Below, piece by piece: positions 41,169 to 51,179 of a stretch of 55,173 bases of DNA. The first letter of the stretch is position 1. Each line of letters starts with the position of its first letter. Below the pieces are notes generated by a model. That model searched no databases and was not told the DNA's origin. It saw only the letters and a program-made list of their open reading frames with translations. The stretch comes from an uncultured Fidelibacterota bacterium (GTDB taxonomy: Bacteria > Fidelibacterota > Marinisomatia > Marinisomatales > UBA1611). The stretch covers positions 1 through 55,173 of the forward strand of contig CAJWHW010000011.1 of NCBI GenBank assembly GCA_913040915.1. Reading direction: 5' to 3'. The position numbers were made by a program, and so were the translations under genes.

Positions 41169-41437
41169 TATTTCTAGATATGATTTAATAGAGACTTGTG
41201 CAATATAATATGATCAACTATCGATAGAACGAATGTTTTATTATACTTTTTTATTAAACTGGGCACAGTTTTTTTCGATAGAAATCCTTTTTTATTTCCC
41301 TTTAAATTATCTCAACAAGTGATCATTTACAATTAATATTTAGCCCGGGCACCTGCCCCTATGCTTTATCTTCTAATCTTTTTGGAAAAGAAAATAGAAA
41401 AGAAATAAATTTGATCCCTAAATTTAAATGTCACGAA

Positions 41438-42706
41438 ATGATATCAATTAGATTAATTCGAAAAAAGCCTGATACTGTAGCAGAGCAAATTTCTCTTAAG
41501 TTAAGCAATTTTGATTTGAATCAAATTCTGATTTTAGATGAAAAATGCAGGTCACTGAAAACGGAAGCTAATGATTTACGTTCAGAAAGGAATAGTGCAT
41601 CAGAAGCTATAGGTCTATCTAAAAAGTCTGGTAAAGATGCTTCAGAAGCGATAAATAATACTAGGAAGCTTGGAGAACAGTTGAAAAAAGTAGAATCAGT
41701 TCTGCATGAAATTGAATCTGATTTAGAAGGGAAACTATTACAATTACCAAATTTACCTCATAATAGCGTTCCAAAAGGAATTGATGAGTCCCAAAATGTT
41801 GTTGTTAGAACTTTTGGAAAGAAACCAGAATTTACCTTCAAAATAAAAACACATTTAGAATTGAATGAGGATTTACAATTGTTTGATTTTAAACGCAGTG
41901 CAAAACTTTCAGGAAGTGGATTTCCAATGTATACTGGTAATGGTGCAAAATTAGAAAGGGCTCTTATAAATAGTATGTTAGATCATCACAAGACTAATTA
42001 TGGATCTAATGAAATATTTCCTCCTGTCTTAATGCTTCGTGAATCAATGATGACAACGGGTCAATTACCAAAATTTGAAGAAGATATGTACCATACAGAA
42101 AAAGATAATTTATATTTAGCACCAACAGCAGAAGTACCTGTCACTAATGTACACAGAGATGAAATTATAGATGAGAAAGATTTGCCTATAGACTATGTTG
42201 CTTATTCACCATGCTTTAGAAGGGAATCTGGTTCATATGGTAAAGATACACGGGGGTTGCTCAGAGTTCATCAATTTAATAAAGTTGAACTGGTAAAGTT
42301 CACAATGCCTGAAACTTCTTATGATGAATTAGAGAACTTGACAAGGCAGGCCGAGTCGGTGTTAAAAAAGTTAGGGCTTCATTACCGCGTAATTGAACTC
42401 TGTGCAGGAGATTTAAGTTTTGCAGCAGCAAAATGCTATGATCTTGAAATTTGGGCACCAGGTGAACAGAAATGGTTAGAAGTTTCATCTTGCAGTAATT
42501 TTGAAACATTCCAGGCTCGGCGAGGAAATATTCGATTTCGAAAAGAATCAGATCAAAAAGTTGGATTTCTCCATACATTAAATGGATCAGGTTTAGCAAC
42601 ACCTAGGCTCATGGTGGCTTTAATTGAGACATATCAAACGGAAGATGGTCAAATACAATTTCCGGAAGAAGTTGAAGAATTTCTAGGAATTCAGGAGATA
42701 ATCTGA
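41438..42706 (+). CDS. serS: Serine--tRNA ligase
   Basis: N-terminal coiled coil, LPNLPH, TGQLPKF, PTAEVP, FRRESG, HQFNKVE, EVSSCSN, HTLNGSGLA; ATG at 41438 preferred. Confidence 0.97.
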   Translation: MISIRLIRKKPDTVAEQISLKLSNFDLNQILILDEKCRSLKTEANDLRSERNSASEAIGLSKKSGKDASEAINNTRKLGEQLKKVESVLHEIESDLEGKLLQLPNLPHNSVPKGIDESQNVVVRTFGKKPEFTFKIKTHLELNEDLQLFDFKRSAKLSGSGFPMYTGNGAKLERALINSMLDHHKTNYGSNEIFPPVLMLRESMMTTGQLPKFEEDMYHTEKDNLYLAPTAEVPVTNVHRDEIIDEKDLPIDYVAYSPCFRRESGSYGKDTRGLLRVHQFNKVELVKFTMPETSYDELENLTRQAESVLKKLGLHYRVIELCAGDLSFAAAKCYDLEIWAPGEQKWLEVSSCSNFETFQARRGNIRFRKESDQKVGFLHTLNGSGLATPRLMVALIETYQTEDGQIQFPEEVEEFLGIQEII

Positions 42707-43414
42707 TTGCATTATCTTTGGATTTTATTCCAGACTGCAATATGGACCACGATTCTAGGATTAACAGGCATTCTTATTTCTTTTTTTGAACCTAAAAAGG
42801 GTAAAACCTTAGGTCTTTTTGCAAATCTTTGGGCTAAACTTATTTTATTTTTTGGTGGAATTACCTATTCTGTTAAGGGTTTAGAAAACCTTAGACCAGA
42901 TGGTACGTATATTTTTGCAGGTAACCATGCATCAGGATTTGACATATTACTAGCTTTTGCAGGCTTACCTTACTGGTTAGTATCAATTTCCAAAATTGAA
43001 TTAAAATCAGTGCCTATTTTAGGATGGGTTATGAAGACAGCAGGACATATTTTTGTTGATAGAAGCCACCATGAGAAAGCGATAGAATCATTAGAGAATG
43101 CTAAAAGATCTCTCCGAGAAATACCTAGGTCAGTTTTGTTGTTTCCTGAAGGGACTAGGACAAAAGATGGAAAATTACATCCGTTTAAGCGTGGTGGACT
43201 TTTAGTTGGAATTGAAACAGGAATTCCTATTGTGCCGATTGCTTTTGTTAAAACATTTGAAATGTTGGAAAAAACTTCCTGGAATCTCAATAATCAACCA
43301 ATCGAAATGAGAATTGGCTGCCCGATACCTCCGGGGGAATATAATTTTGAATCACGTCGTGAATTAGCACATTATGTGCAGAGTGAAGTCCAAAAACTCT
43401 TAGATCAATCATAA
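42707..43414 (+). CDS. plsC: 1-acyl-sn-glycerol-3-phosphate acyltransferase (LPLAT)
   Basis: NHASGFD (HX4D), FVDR, FPEGTR, PIVP. Confidence 0.88.
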   Translation: MHYLWILFQTAIWTTILGLTGILISFFEPKKGKTLGLFANLWAKLILFFGGITYSVKGLENLRPDGTYIFAGNHASGFDILLAFAGLPYWLVSISKIELKSVPILGWVMKTAGHIFVDRSHHEKAIESLENAKRSLREIPRSVLLFPEGTRTKDGKLHPFKRGGLLVGIETGIPIVPIAFVKTFEMLEKTSWNLNNQPIEMRIGCPIPPGEYNFESRRELAHYVQSEVQKLLDQS

Positions 43415-43757
43415 TTATTTATAACATATAGATTTATACTATTTCATGATATTTAATTATATTAAACTCCTTTCTATTTTCATTTAAGAATATTCTTTAA
43501 TTTTAATTTATTAATAATGATGATTTTACTCTTTTTACGGCTCTCAATTTCATATCCGAATTTTACCAAATAACAATGAATATTTGTATCCCCATCCTTT
43601 ATTATTTAGTCCCCAAATGTTATATCTTATTTCTTTTCTATCTTGAATTTCTCAAAAAAATTGGAGTAGAATTGGATTTGTGAAATGCCAAAATAAAATT
43701 AATGGTGAGAAATGGTTCCCACCCTTGACTATTAGAAATATAAATGTGGTGTAAGCT

Positions 43758-44231
43758 TTGTTATTGGATTTATCCGAACTCAAGAATCGAGTAAATACAT
43801 GGAAAAAAGATAACAATAATATAGTATTTACTAACGGCTGTTTTGACCTATTACACCAGGGTCATATTGATCTACTTAAATATGCTTCTTCTATCGGAGA
43901 TAGATTAATAATAGGAATAAACTCTGATGAATCTGTATCAAATTTGAAAGGTTTAGATCGACCTATTGAATCAGAAATGATTCGCATAAATAATATCTTA
44001 GAACTTGGATTGATTTCAGCAATCACTGTATTTAATGAAGAAACTCCGATAGATATAATTAAAGCAATTAAACCTAATTTTTTAGTTAAAGGCGGCGATT
44101 ATTCTCCAGAAGATATCGCTGGATATAATGAATTATTGAGTTGGGGAGGGATGGTGAAAATTTTTCCGCTTAAACAAGGATTTAGCACAACAGAAAAAAT
44201 AATAAAAATGAAGCGAGAAGGTCTTGTATAA
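43758..44231 (+). CDS. hldC: D-glycero-beta-D-manno-heptose 1-phosphate adenylyltransferase (RfaE domain II)
   Basis: VFTNGCFDLLHQGH, GINSDESV..LKG..RP, ETP, KGGDY, STT. Confidence 0.88.
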   Translation: MLLDLSELKNRVNTWKKDNNNIVFTNGCFDLLHQGHIDLLKYASSIGDRLIIGINSDESVSNLKGLDRPIESEMIRINNILELGLISAITVFNEETPIDIIKAIKPNFLVKGGDYSPEDIAGYNELLSWGGMVKIFPLKQGFSTTEKIIKMKREGLV

Positions 44232-44280
44232 AAGAAGTATTCTAGTATAACTTTACATTTACTATATCGTCTAAATCCCT

Positions 44281-45903
44281 TTGATAAATAACTTTAGAGC
44301 AATTTTACCCTTTTGGGTGTGGGCAGGATTTGCATCTTTGACAGCGGTTTCCGCTTCATCAACAGAATCTGCAGTATCTTCCTTGCCAACAGCAATCTCC
44401 GATAGTACCACCAGAATTGATGAAACCAGGAACAGGTTCCCAGAAATTCTTAGAGATGCTAAACTCCTCATGTCTGAAACTATTATTTCTGATTTTAATA
44501 AAGATACATTAGAAGTAGCTTTTTTATTGAGTCGTATTTTTGAGTTACTGATGGAAGCAGACCAAATTGGTGAAATGAACTTGGAAGATAAGGAAGAGTT
44601 TGATCGATTCAATCGTACTTTTACCGATCTTTATCGTCATAACTTGGAAACGGTGCAAAATATGAATACACCTGTTGTGGCAGATAAAATTCGTCATGAT
44701 ATTTCAGAAATAGTCGAAATTGAAATGGGTGAAACTAAATTCATTGTTGTTGATGACAGGGATGGTGGTATTCCATTAGTAAGAAATAAACAAGTTGATC
44801 AATTTATTCACTATTTTCAGACCAAAGGACGAAAACAATTTGATATTTGGCTTAAACGCTATGTTCAATACAAAGATTTGATCTTGCCAATTCTAAAAGA
44901 ACATGAAATGCCCGAAGAGTTTATTTATCTGGCTATGATTGAATCCGGACTAAACCCCAAAGCATACAGTAGGGCTAACGCTTCAGGTATGTGGCAGTTT
45001 ATCTATGCCACAGGGAAACGATATGGATTATCAAGGGATTGGTATCGAGATGAGAGAAGAGACCCTGTAAAAGCAACACACGCAGCTTGTAAATATCTAA
45101 AAGATTTAAATAATTTATTTGATAATTGGTATTTAACCCTTGCAGCTTATAATTGTGGCGAAGGACGAGTATTAAGGGCATCCAAGCTACATCAGACATA
45201 TGATTTTTGGCAGCTCCAATCTTTGCCAAGAGAAACTCGAAATTATGTTCCTTATTTCCTTTCTGCAGCTATCATTGCTAAGGCACCAGAAGCATATGGT
45301 TTTGTAATTCCTGAAGCAGAACCCTTTCAATATGAGGAAGTTATTCTAAAAAAAAGTGCAGATATTGCGGTCTTAGCAAGAGTCGCAGGTATAAAAGCAA
45401 AAATGCTGAGGGATTATAATCCTGAGCTACGTCAGTCAGCTACCCCTACAGATGGGCCCTACAAATTGAAATTGCCAGTTGGGAAGAAAGAAGATTTTGT
45501 AACAGCCTGGAATGCTATTCCTGAAGATGAACGATTTGCACCACAGTTTGTAATCCATCGGGTAAGGTATGGTGAAAGTCTCTGGACAATTAGTAAAAAA
45601 TATGGTGTATCCATCCATGACCTGGCTGCAGTAAATAAAATACGAAATCGGAATAAAGTTCGGGTTGGACAAAAATTAAAAGTACCTTTAAAGGGTGGGC
45701 AAATATGGGGCACTGGGGAAAATGGTGGACCACCTGGGCACTCCAAGCGTATTTATAAAGTGAAGCGAGGTGATACTCTAGGGCAAATTGCTGAAGATTT
45801 TGGAACTGTAACCAGTAAGATTCGTCGCTGGAATAATATGAAATACGGTTCTCATTTAATCCATCCGGGTCAAAAATTAGTAATCTGGGTGAAGGGAGGA
45901 TAA
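44281..45903 (+). CDS. mltD: MltD-like lytic transglycosylase with LysM domains
   Basis: IES, ASGMWQF, DERRDP, AAYNCGEG, ETRNYVP, YNPEL; two clear C-terminal LysM repeats. Confidence 0.88.
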   Translation: MINNFRAILPFWVWAGFASLTAVSASSTESAVSSLPTAISDSTTRIDETRNRFPEILRDAKLLMSETIISDFNKDTLEVAFLLSRIFELLMEADQIGEMNLEDKEEFDRFNRTFTDLYRHNLETVQNMNTPVVADKIRHDISEIVEIEMGETKFIVVDDRDGGIPLVRNKQVDQFIHYFQTKGRKQFDIWLKRYVQYKDLILPILKEHEMPEEFIYLAMIESGLNPKAYSRANASGMWQFIYATGKRYGLSRDWYRDERRDPVKATHAACKYLKDLNNLFDNWYLTLAAYNCGEGRVLRASKLHQTYDFWQLQSLPRETRNYVPYFLSAAIIAKAPEAYGFVIPEAEPFQYEEVILKKSADIAVLARVAGIKAKMLRDYNPELRQSATPTDGPYKLKLPVGKKEDFVTAWNAIPEDERFAPQFVIHRVRYGESLWTISKKYGVSIHDLAAVNKIRNRNKVRVGQKLKVPLKGGQIWGTGENGGPPGHSKRIYKVKRGDTLGQIAEDFGTVTSKIRRWNNMKYGSHLIHPGQKLVIWVKGG

Positions 45904-45939
45904 AACTTTATCAGGCGGTATTTCGCCGGGAGATTAACA

Positions 45940-46227
45940 ATGACAAAACAAGAAATTGTAGATATAGTTTCAGAAGCAACGGGGCTAACAAAGGTAGAAA
46001 CTGAAACAGTCATGAATGGTATCATGGGAACAATTATTAATTCTCTAGCAAATGATGAACGAGTAGAATTAAGAGGATTCGGTACTTTTGGTATCAAACA
46101 TCGTATGCCGAAGAAAGCTAGAAATCCTGGAACTGGAGAACCAGTTTATTTACCAGAACGTTATGTTCCTACCTTTAAACCAAGTAAGTTAATGCGATCT
46201 CGTGTAAATGAACTCATTAATAAATAA
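45940..46227 (+). CDS. hup: DNA-binding protein HU/IHF family
   Basis: MTKQEIV, VELRGFGTF, ARNPGTGE, FKPSK. Confidence 0.92.
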   Translation: MTKQEIVDIVSEATGLTKVETETVMNGIMGTIINSLANDERVELRGFGTFGIKHRMPKKARNPGTGEPVYLPERYVPTFKPSKLMRSRVNELINK

Positions 46228-46238
46228 ACGGAAACAAA

Positions 46239-46331
46239 ATGCCAAGCGGTAAAAAAAGAAAGAAAAAAAAGATGAACACGCACAAACGTAAAAAAAGACT
46301 TCGTGCAAATCGTCATAAGAAAAAGAAATAA
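46239..46331 (+). CDS. Small basic ribosomal protein bS22 (AURKAIP1/COX24-like)
   Basis: Below the ORF-track cutoff: MPSGKKRKKKKMNTHKRKKRLRANRHKKKK*, matching the FCB-type MPSGKKRK...THKRKKR.R.NRHKK peptide. Confidence 0.85.
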   Translation: MPSGKKRKKKKMNTHKRKKRLRANRHKKKK

Positions 46332-46336
46332 ATTTT

Positions 46337-46366
46337 AAGCCTTTCAAAGTTTTCGTAAGGCTTTTT
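46337..46366 (+). terminator. Probable Rho-independent terminator after hup-bS22
   Basis: AAGCCTT...AAGGCTT inverted repeat followed by a T-run. Confidence 0.5.
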
Positions 46367-46400
46367 CATTCAATTAGTTAGCATAGGCAGAAAAAAAGTA

Positions 46401-47621
46401 ATGCCTGAATCTCAGACCCAATTTACTGTCTCACAACTAAATACACAGATTCGCCAGTCATTGGAAAGCTCTCTTTCTAATATTTGGGTTAGAGGGGAAA
46501 TATCAAATTTCCACCACCATCCTGCATCAGGTCATATGTATTTCACTTTAAAAGATGATAAGAGTGAATTGCATTGCACCATGTTTCGAGGGAATAATCA
46601 ATTTTTAAATTTCAAACCAAATGGTGGTATGGAAGTGCGAGTAAATGGTATGGTGACTTTATATGAAAAAAGAGGGCAGGTTCAGGTAAAAGTATTAAAC
46701 ATGGAGCCTGCGGGTATCGGTGATTTATTCAAAGCATTTGAATTACTAAAAGGGACTCTTGCTAAAGAAGGATTATTTAATACTGAATATAAGAAACCAA
46801 TCCAAACTTACCCTAAATGTATAGGGCTAATTACTTCCGCTTCCAGTGCCGCATTTAAAGATATCATACAGATATTAGAACGCAGAGCACCTCATGTACG
46901 TATAATTATTCGTTCCACAAAGGTACAGGGCAATGGGGCTGCGAATGATATTGCGATTGCTATTGATGAATTCAACAAATATGGGCAAGTTGATACCTTG
47001 ATTGTTGGAAGAGGAGGTGGCTCTCTAGAAGACCTGTGGGCATTTAATGAAGAGATTGTTGCAAGAAAAATTTTTGAATCTAAAATTCCAATTATTTCAG
47101 CAGTGGGACATGAAACGGATTTTACAATCTCGGATCTTGTAGCTGATATTCGCGCGCCCACTCCTTCAGCTGCTGCAGAGCTTGTAAGTATTTCTTCGAA
47201 TGATATTTTGGCATATTGTTTAGAATTGAAAAATACAATCAGTAAAAATTTGCAAGGGAAAATGGATCAATACTTTTTAAGAATGGATCATTTAATAGAT
47301 CGAGTTTTACTGCAGCAACCTCAAAAAATTATTGTACGTCAGATTGAAAAATTGAATCAATTCAGATCAAGGTTGATTCATAGCAAACAGGTACATCTAA
47401 CCCAAACTAAAGATAGTTTAACTTTTTTAAGGAAACAAATATCCGCTTTAGACCCAACCCAAGTTTTGGATCGCGGTTATACTATTGCTTTTGATTCGAG
47501 TAGAAATATTATTCGATCCGCAATTGATATAGAAATAGGTGATTCTTTTGAGCTAAAAACTAGTAGAGGATCATTCGGAGCGAAAAAAATAGATGATATT
47601 CATAAAACTGAAAACATGTAA
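46401..47621 (+). CDS. xseA: Exodeoxyribonuclease VII large subunit
   Basis: WVRGEISNF, SGHMYFTLKD, GRGGGSLEDLWAFNEE, SAVGHETD, RAPTPSAAAE, LDRGY. Confidence 0.97.
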   Translation: MPESQTQFTVSQLNTQIRQSLESSLSNIWVRGEISNFHHHPASGHMYFTLKDDKSELHCTMFRGNNQFLNFKPNGGMEVRVNGMVTLYEKRGQVQVKVLNMEPAGIGDLFKAFELLKGTLAKEGLFNTEYKKPIQTYPKCIGLITSASSAAFKDIIQILERRAPHVRIIIRSTKVQGNGAANDIAIAIDEFNKYGQVDTLIVGRGGGSLEDLWAFNEEIVARKIFESKIPIISAVGHETDFTISDLVADIRAPTPSAAAELVSISSNDILAYCLELKNTISKNLQGKMDQYFLRMDHLIDRVLLQQPQKIIVRQIEKLNQFRSRLIHSKQVHLTQTKDSLTFLRKQISALDPTQVLDRGYTIAFDSSRNIIRSAIDIEIGDSFELKTSRGSFGAKKIDDIHKTENM

Positions 47622-47629
47622 TTTTTATT

Positions 47630-47860
47630 ATGACAAGAAAAAATAAACAATCTTCATTTGAAACTGCCCTAAAGCAGCTTGAAACAGTTGTAAAACAAAT
47701 GGAATCTGGTGATGCAAGTCTTGAACAAAGCCTAGAATGGTTTGAAGAAGGAATGGACTTGATAAAATATTGTCAAGGTCAATTAAAAGATGCAGAGCAA
47801 ACCGTTCAGGAATTGATCCAGAAAAGTACTGGTGATTTGGTAATCAAGGATACTGAGTGA
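47630..47860 (+). CDS. xseB: Exodeoxyribonuclease VII small subunit
   Basis: SFE.AL..LE.VV..ME.G...LE.SL..FEEG..L...C. Confidence 0.95.
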   Translation: MTRKNKQSSFETALKQLETVVKQMESGDASLEQSLEWFEEGMDLIKYCQGQLKDAEQTVQELIQKSTGDLVIKDTE

Positions 47861-48741
47861 AAGTCCCCAACACATTTGGTGTCTGGGGAAATACGGAGAA
47901 AGATTCCTTCTGGAATATCTTGCCTGACATTCTACACTGGGCAGATGATAATAATCTAGAAGCACACCTTACAAGACGAATCAAGAATAGCCAACGTTGT
48001 ATTAATAAAAAACGTCCTTTAATCCAATCTAAAGATGATATGAGTGCTTTAGACTTTATGTTGGTTTTAGGTGGAGATGGGACATTTTTATCATTAGCTC
48101 GATCTATGGGAAATAAAAGTACACCAATACTCGGAATCCACTTAGGTGATTTAGGTTTTCTTGCAAAAGTAACGAGAAATGATCTTTTTTCGCGATTAAA
48201 TCTTGTTCTAAAAGGTGAATTTATTATTGAAAAGAGAATGCTGGTTCAAGCTACCATCCGAAAAAATGGTGAGTTAATTCCTTATGTTGGTTTAAATGAC
48301 TTTGTTTTAAGTAATGGAGAAAGCCATCGAATGCTTACAGCAACTGTTAAGGTGAATCAGCAATTAGTTTGCAATTACAAGGCAGATGGTTTAATCATTG
48401 CATCACCAACCGGTTCTACAGCTTATTCACTTTCGGCTGGTGGTCCCATTGTGACGCCTTCCGTAGACTCTTTAATTATTACACCAGCCTCAGCTCATTC
48501 ACTTACTTCTCGTCCTCTGGTAGTGCCTGCCAATTCAAGCATAGTTTTATCATTCCCAGAAGTAAACGATTCTATTCTATTTACTGCAGATGGCCAAATA
48601 CATGAGTTCCTAGATCCAAAATGTATTGTGGAGATTACAAAGTCTAACTTTAAGATCAATTTAATTGATTTTGATGATTGTGATTATTTCCAGACTCTTA
48701 GGACTAAAATGGGTTGGGGAAAAAGAGGGGAAACTAGTTAG
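47857..48741 (+). CDS. nadK: NAD kinase
   Basis: GGDGT, G.LGFL, LND, DGLIIASPTGSTAYSLSAGGP, DGQ. Confidence 0.95.
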   Translation: MKVPNTFGVWGNTEKDSFWNILPDILHWADDNNLEAHLTRRIKNSQRCINKKRPLIQSKDDMSALDFMLVLGGDGTFLSLARSMGNKSTPILGIHLGDLGFLAKVTRNDLFSRLNLVLKGEFIIEKRMLVQATIRKNGELIPYVGLNDFVLSNGESHRMLTATVKVNQQLVCNYKADGLIIASPTGSTAYSLSAGGPIVTPSVDSLIITPASAHSLTSRPLVVPANSSIVLSFPEVNDSILFTADGQIHEFLDPKCIVEITKSNFKINLIDFDDCDYFQTLRTKMGWGKRGETS

Positions 48742-48784
48742 TGATAACCATTCTATATAGGTAATATTCTGTAAATAACTAGGG

Positions 48785-49183
48785 TTAATATATCTGCTGA
48801 TGCTGTCGTAGTATGCAATCATTCATAACTACAAGTAAACCTGCATCATTTGCTTTTTGGCCAGCATCTTTATGGATGACATGGTCTTGCATCCAAATTG
48901 CTTTTGCACCAATTGCAATCGCAGAATCCACAATAGATGGAACATATTCTGGACGTCGAAAAATATTTACTACGTCAATTTGTTCTGGTATACTATTAAG
49001 GTCAGGATAACAGTGCAGATCTGCAATCTCTTTTTGTCCTGGATTTACAGGAATAATTGAGTAGCCATTCTGTTTCATGTACATAGAGACATAATTGCTG
49101 GGCCTATCAGTTTTAGGTGACATACCAACAACCGCAATAGTTTTCATACCTAGAATCTTTCTTATAACCAAGGAATCATTCAT
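48785..49183 (-). CDS. CoA-binding protein (YccU family)
   Basis: IAVVGMS....RPS, IPVNP, IDVVNIFR, IWMQ. Confidence 0.9.
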   Translation of the reverse strand: MNDSLVIRKILGMKTIAVVGMSPKTDRPSNYVSMYMKQNGYSIIPVNPGQKEIADLHCYPDLNSIPEQIDVVNIFRRPEYVPSIVDSAIAIGAKAIWMQDHVIHKDAGQKANDAGLLVVMNDCILRQHQQIY

Positions 49184-49223
49184 CTATAAAAAATAATCCT
49201 TTACTAGATTTTATTCTTTTAAT

Positions 49224-50126
49224 TTATTTTGTTCGGAATAAGTTTTTTAAAACATAACCAGCAATGTTTGGGTTTTCTCTTAAACGGCGAACAGAATAGT
49301 CAAACCAATCTGGTCCATAGGGTACATAAACCCGAACCTTGTATCCCGCAGATAAAAGATTCTCTAACCGCCCAGACATAGGAACTCCGTAAAGAACCTG
49401 AAATTCAAAAAGGTCTTTGGAAATATTTTCTGACTCGATCCATCTAAGAAGTCGATCAATCAAATCCTGATCATGAGTTGCATAAGCGGCAAAGGCTTTT
49501 TTAAAGGCCATAGTTTTAGCCATTTTCATAAAATTATTACTGATTTCATTCCTTTTTTGATAAGCTATGGATTCTGGTTCATGATAAATACCCTTACAAA
49601 CCCTTAAATTAAAATATCCGTTTCCTAAATTTTCAATATCTTTCAAACTCCTGAACAGATAAGCTTGTAAAGCTATACCGACGTTGTGGTAAATTGTCCT
49701 ACAATGTTTATAAATCTCAAAAGTTTGTTCTGTAAAATGTGAGCTCTCCATATCGATTCGGAGAAAGTTTTCATATTCTTTAGCTTTTCTAAGGATTGTT
49801 GTTGTGTTTACTAAAGCTTCTCCCAATGATATATCTAATCCTATGTGTGTAGGTTTAAATGAAATATTACAGTCTAAAGATTCTTGTGCAATACGGTCAT
49901 AAAGTTGGCAATATTGACTTGTTATTTCCCTAGCCTCGTGCTTTTCAAAAATGTGCTCTCCTAAAATATCCACCGTGGCACTAAAACCTTTTTCATTCAG
50001 GGCTTTAATCTTGTTGATTGCTTCATTCTTATTCTCACCTGCAACATAAGGTTTTGCAAAGTGCTTAGCAAACCACCGTGGTAAAAACGGTAGTGTTGAA
50101 GTAATAAAAGAGTTGAAAAATGACAT
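49224..50126 (-). CDS. Monofunctional proline dehydrogenase
   Basis: YVAGE, DILGE, RIDME, LQAYL, RVCKGIY, ATHD, FEFQVLYG, RVYVPYG, RRLRENP. Confidence 0.93.
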   Translation of the reverse strand: MSFFNSFITSTLPFLPRWFAKHFAKPYVAGENKNEAINKIKALNEKGFSATVDILGEHIFEKHEAREITSQYCQLYDRIAQESLDCNISFKPTHIGLDISLGEALVNTTTILRKAKEYENFLRIDMESSHFTEQTFEIYKHCRTIYHNVGIALQAYLFRSLKDIENLGNGYFNLRVCKGIYHEPESIAYQKRNEISNNFMKMAKTMAFKKAFAAYATHDQDLIDRLLRWIESENISKDLFEFQVLYGVPMSGRLENLLSAGYKVRVYVPYGPDWFDYSVRRLRENPNIAGYVLKNLFRTK

Positions 50127-50205
50127 TTAAAAAATTAGAAGAATAATAGGAGACGTACCAACCTCAAAACTTGATTAATTATTCTACTTATTAATGACAA
50201 TTAGT

Positions 50206-50236
50206 TTGACTCGTCAAATTTCTACGGAGTAAATTT
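50206..50236 (+). promoter_or_regulatory. Putative promoter of nuo operon (TTGACT-N18-TAAATTT)
   Basis: Same boxes and spacing as upstream of mltG; implies nuoA starts at ATG 50268. Confidence 0.5.
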
Positions 50237-50267
50237 CATGTCTAAATATTTTTCAAATTTAAAGTTT

Positions 50268-50684
50268 ATGTATCGAGATTTTGGAACAGTTTTTTTTACC
50301 AGTATAGTTGCTGTCATCTTTGTGATTGTTCCTCTGGTAATAGCCTGGCTGGTCGCTCCTAAAAATAAGACAAAAGAAAAATTGGAGACATATGAATGTG
50401 GTGAGGTTGTTGAGGGCTCAGCATGGCTGCAATTCAACATCCGATTTTATGTTATTGCCCTAATTTTTCTTATTTTTGATGTTGAAGTAGTTTTTCTTTT
50501 CCCATGGGCAGTTGTTTTTAAAGAGTTAGGTCTTCTTGCACTAATTGAAATGGGAATATTCTTGTTAATATTAGTTGTCGGCCTAGCATATGTATGGGTT
50601 AAATCAGATTTAGACTGGGTAAAAAGAAGGGTCCGTTATGGTACAGGTAGATATTCAAAAATTGCCATTGAAGAGGAGAATTAA
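50268..50684 (+). CDS. nuoA: NADH-quinone oxidoreductase subunit A
   Basis: YECG, FYVIALIFLIFDVE..FLFPWA; start at second Met (ORF track begins at 50238). Confidence 0.93.
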   Translation: MYRDFGTVFFTSIVAVIFVIVPLVIAWLVAPKNKTKEKLETYECGEVVEGSAWLQFNIRFYVIALIFLIFDVEVVFLFPWAVVFKELGLLALIEMGIFLLILVVGLAYVWVKSDLDWVKRRVRYGTGRYSKIAIEEEN

Positions 50685-51179
50685 ATGGGCTTATTAACGC
50701 ATAAATTCAAAGAAGATAATGTCATCGTTGAGAAGCTTGAGAAGTTAATGAATTGGAGCCGTAGTACCAGTCCGTGGTTCTTTCAATTTGGTACTGCATG
50801 TTGTGCAATTGAAATGATGGCTGCTGCGGCACCAAGACATGACATAAAAAGAATAGGTTTTATACCCCGGTCATCTCCAAGGCAGGCAGACGTGATGATC
50901 GTAGCAGGTACTGTAACGATGAAAATGGCAATTCGTGTTAAAAAATTATATGAACAAATGGCTGATCCAAAATATGTTGTTGCTATGGGTTCATGTGCTA
51001 CAAGTGGTGGCCCATATTGGCAGCACGGTTACCATGTATTAAAAGGTGTTGATATTGTCATACCAGTAGATGTATATGTTCCAGGTTGTCCTCCCAGGCC
51101 AGAATCACTGATAGAAGGACTATTAAAGCTAGAGGAACAGATACTTGATGATCGTCCATTGACTCGTAAAATGGTATGA
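50685..51179 (+). CDS. nuoB: NADH-quinone oxidoreductase subunit B
   Basis: [36 protein letters not shown]. Confidence 0.96.
   Translation: MGLLTHKFKEDNVIVEKLEKLMNWSRSTSPWFFQFGTACCAIEMMAAAAPRHDIKRIGFIPRSSPRQADVMIVAGTVTMKMAIRVKKLYEQMADPKYVVAMGSCATSGGPYWQHGYHVLKGVDIVIPVDVYVPGCPPRPESLIEGLLKLEEQILDDRPLTRKMV

Noticed and set aside
43511..43530. Fur-box-like AATAATGATGATTTT
   Set aside because: Poor palindrome in very AT-rich sequence, not upstream of an iron gene
47630..48741. Absence of ispA/dxs between xseB and nadK as evidence of pathway loss
   Set aside because: Gene order varies widely and absence cannot be judged from one window
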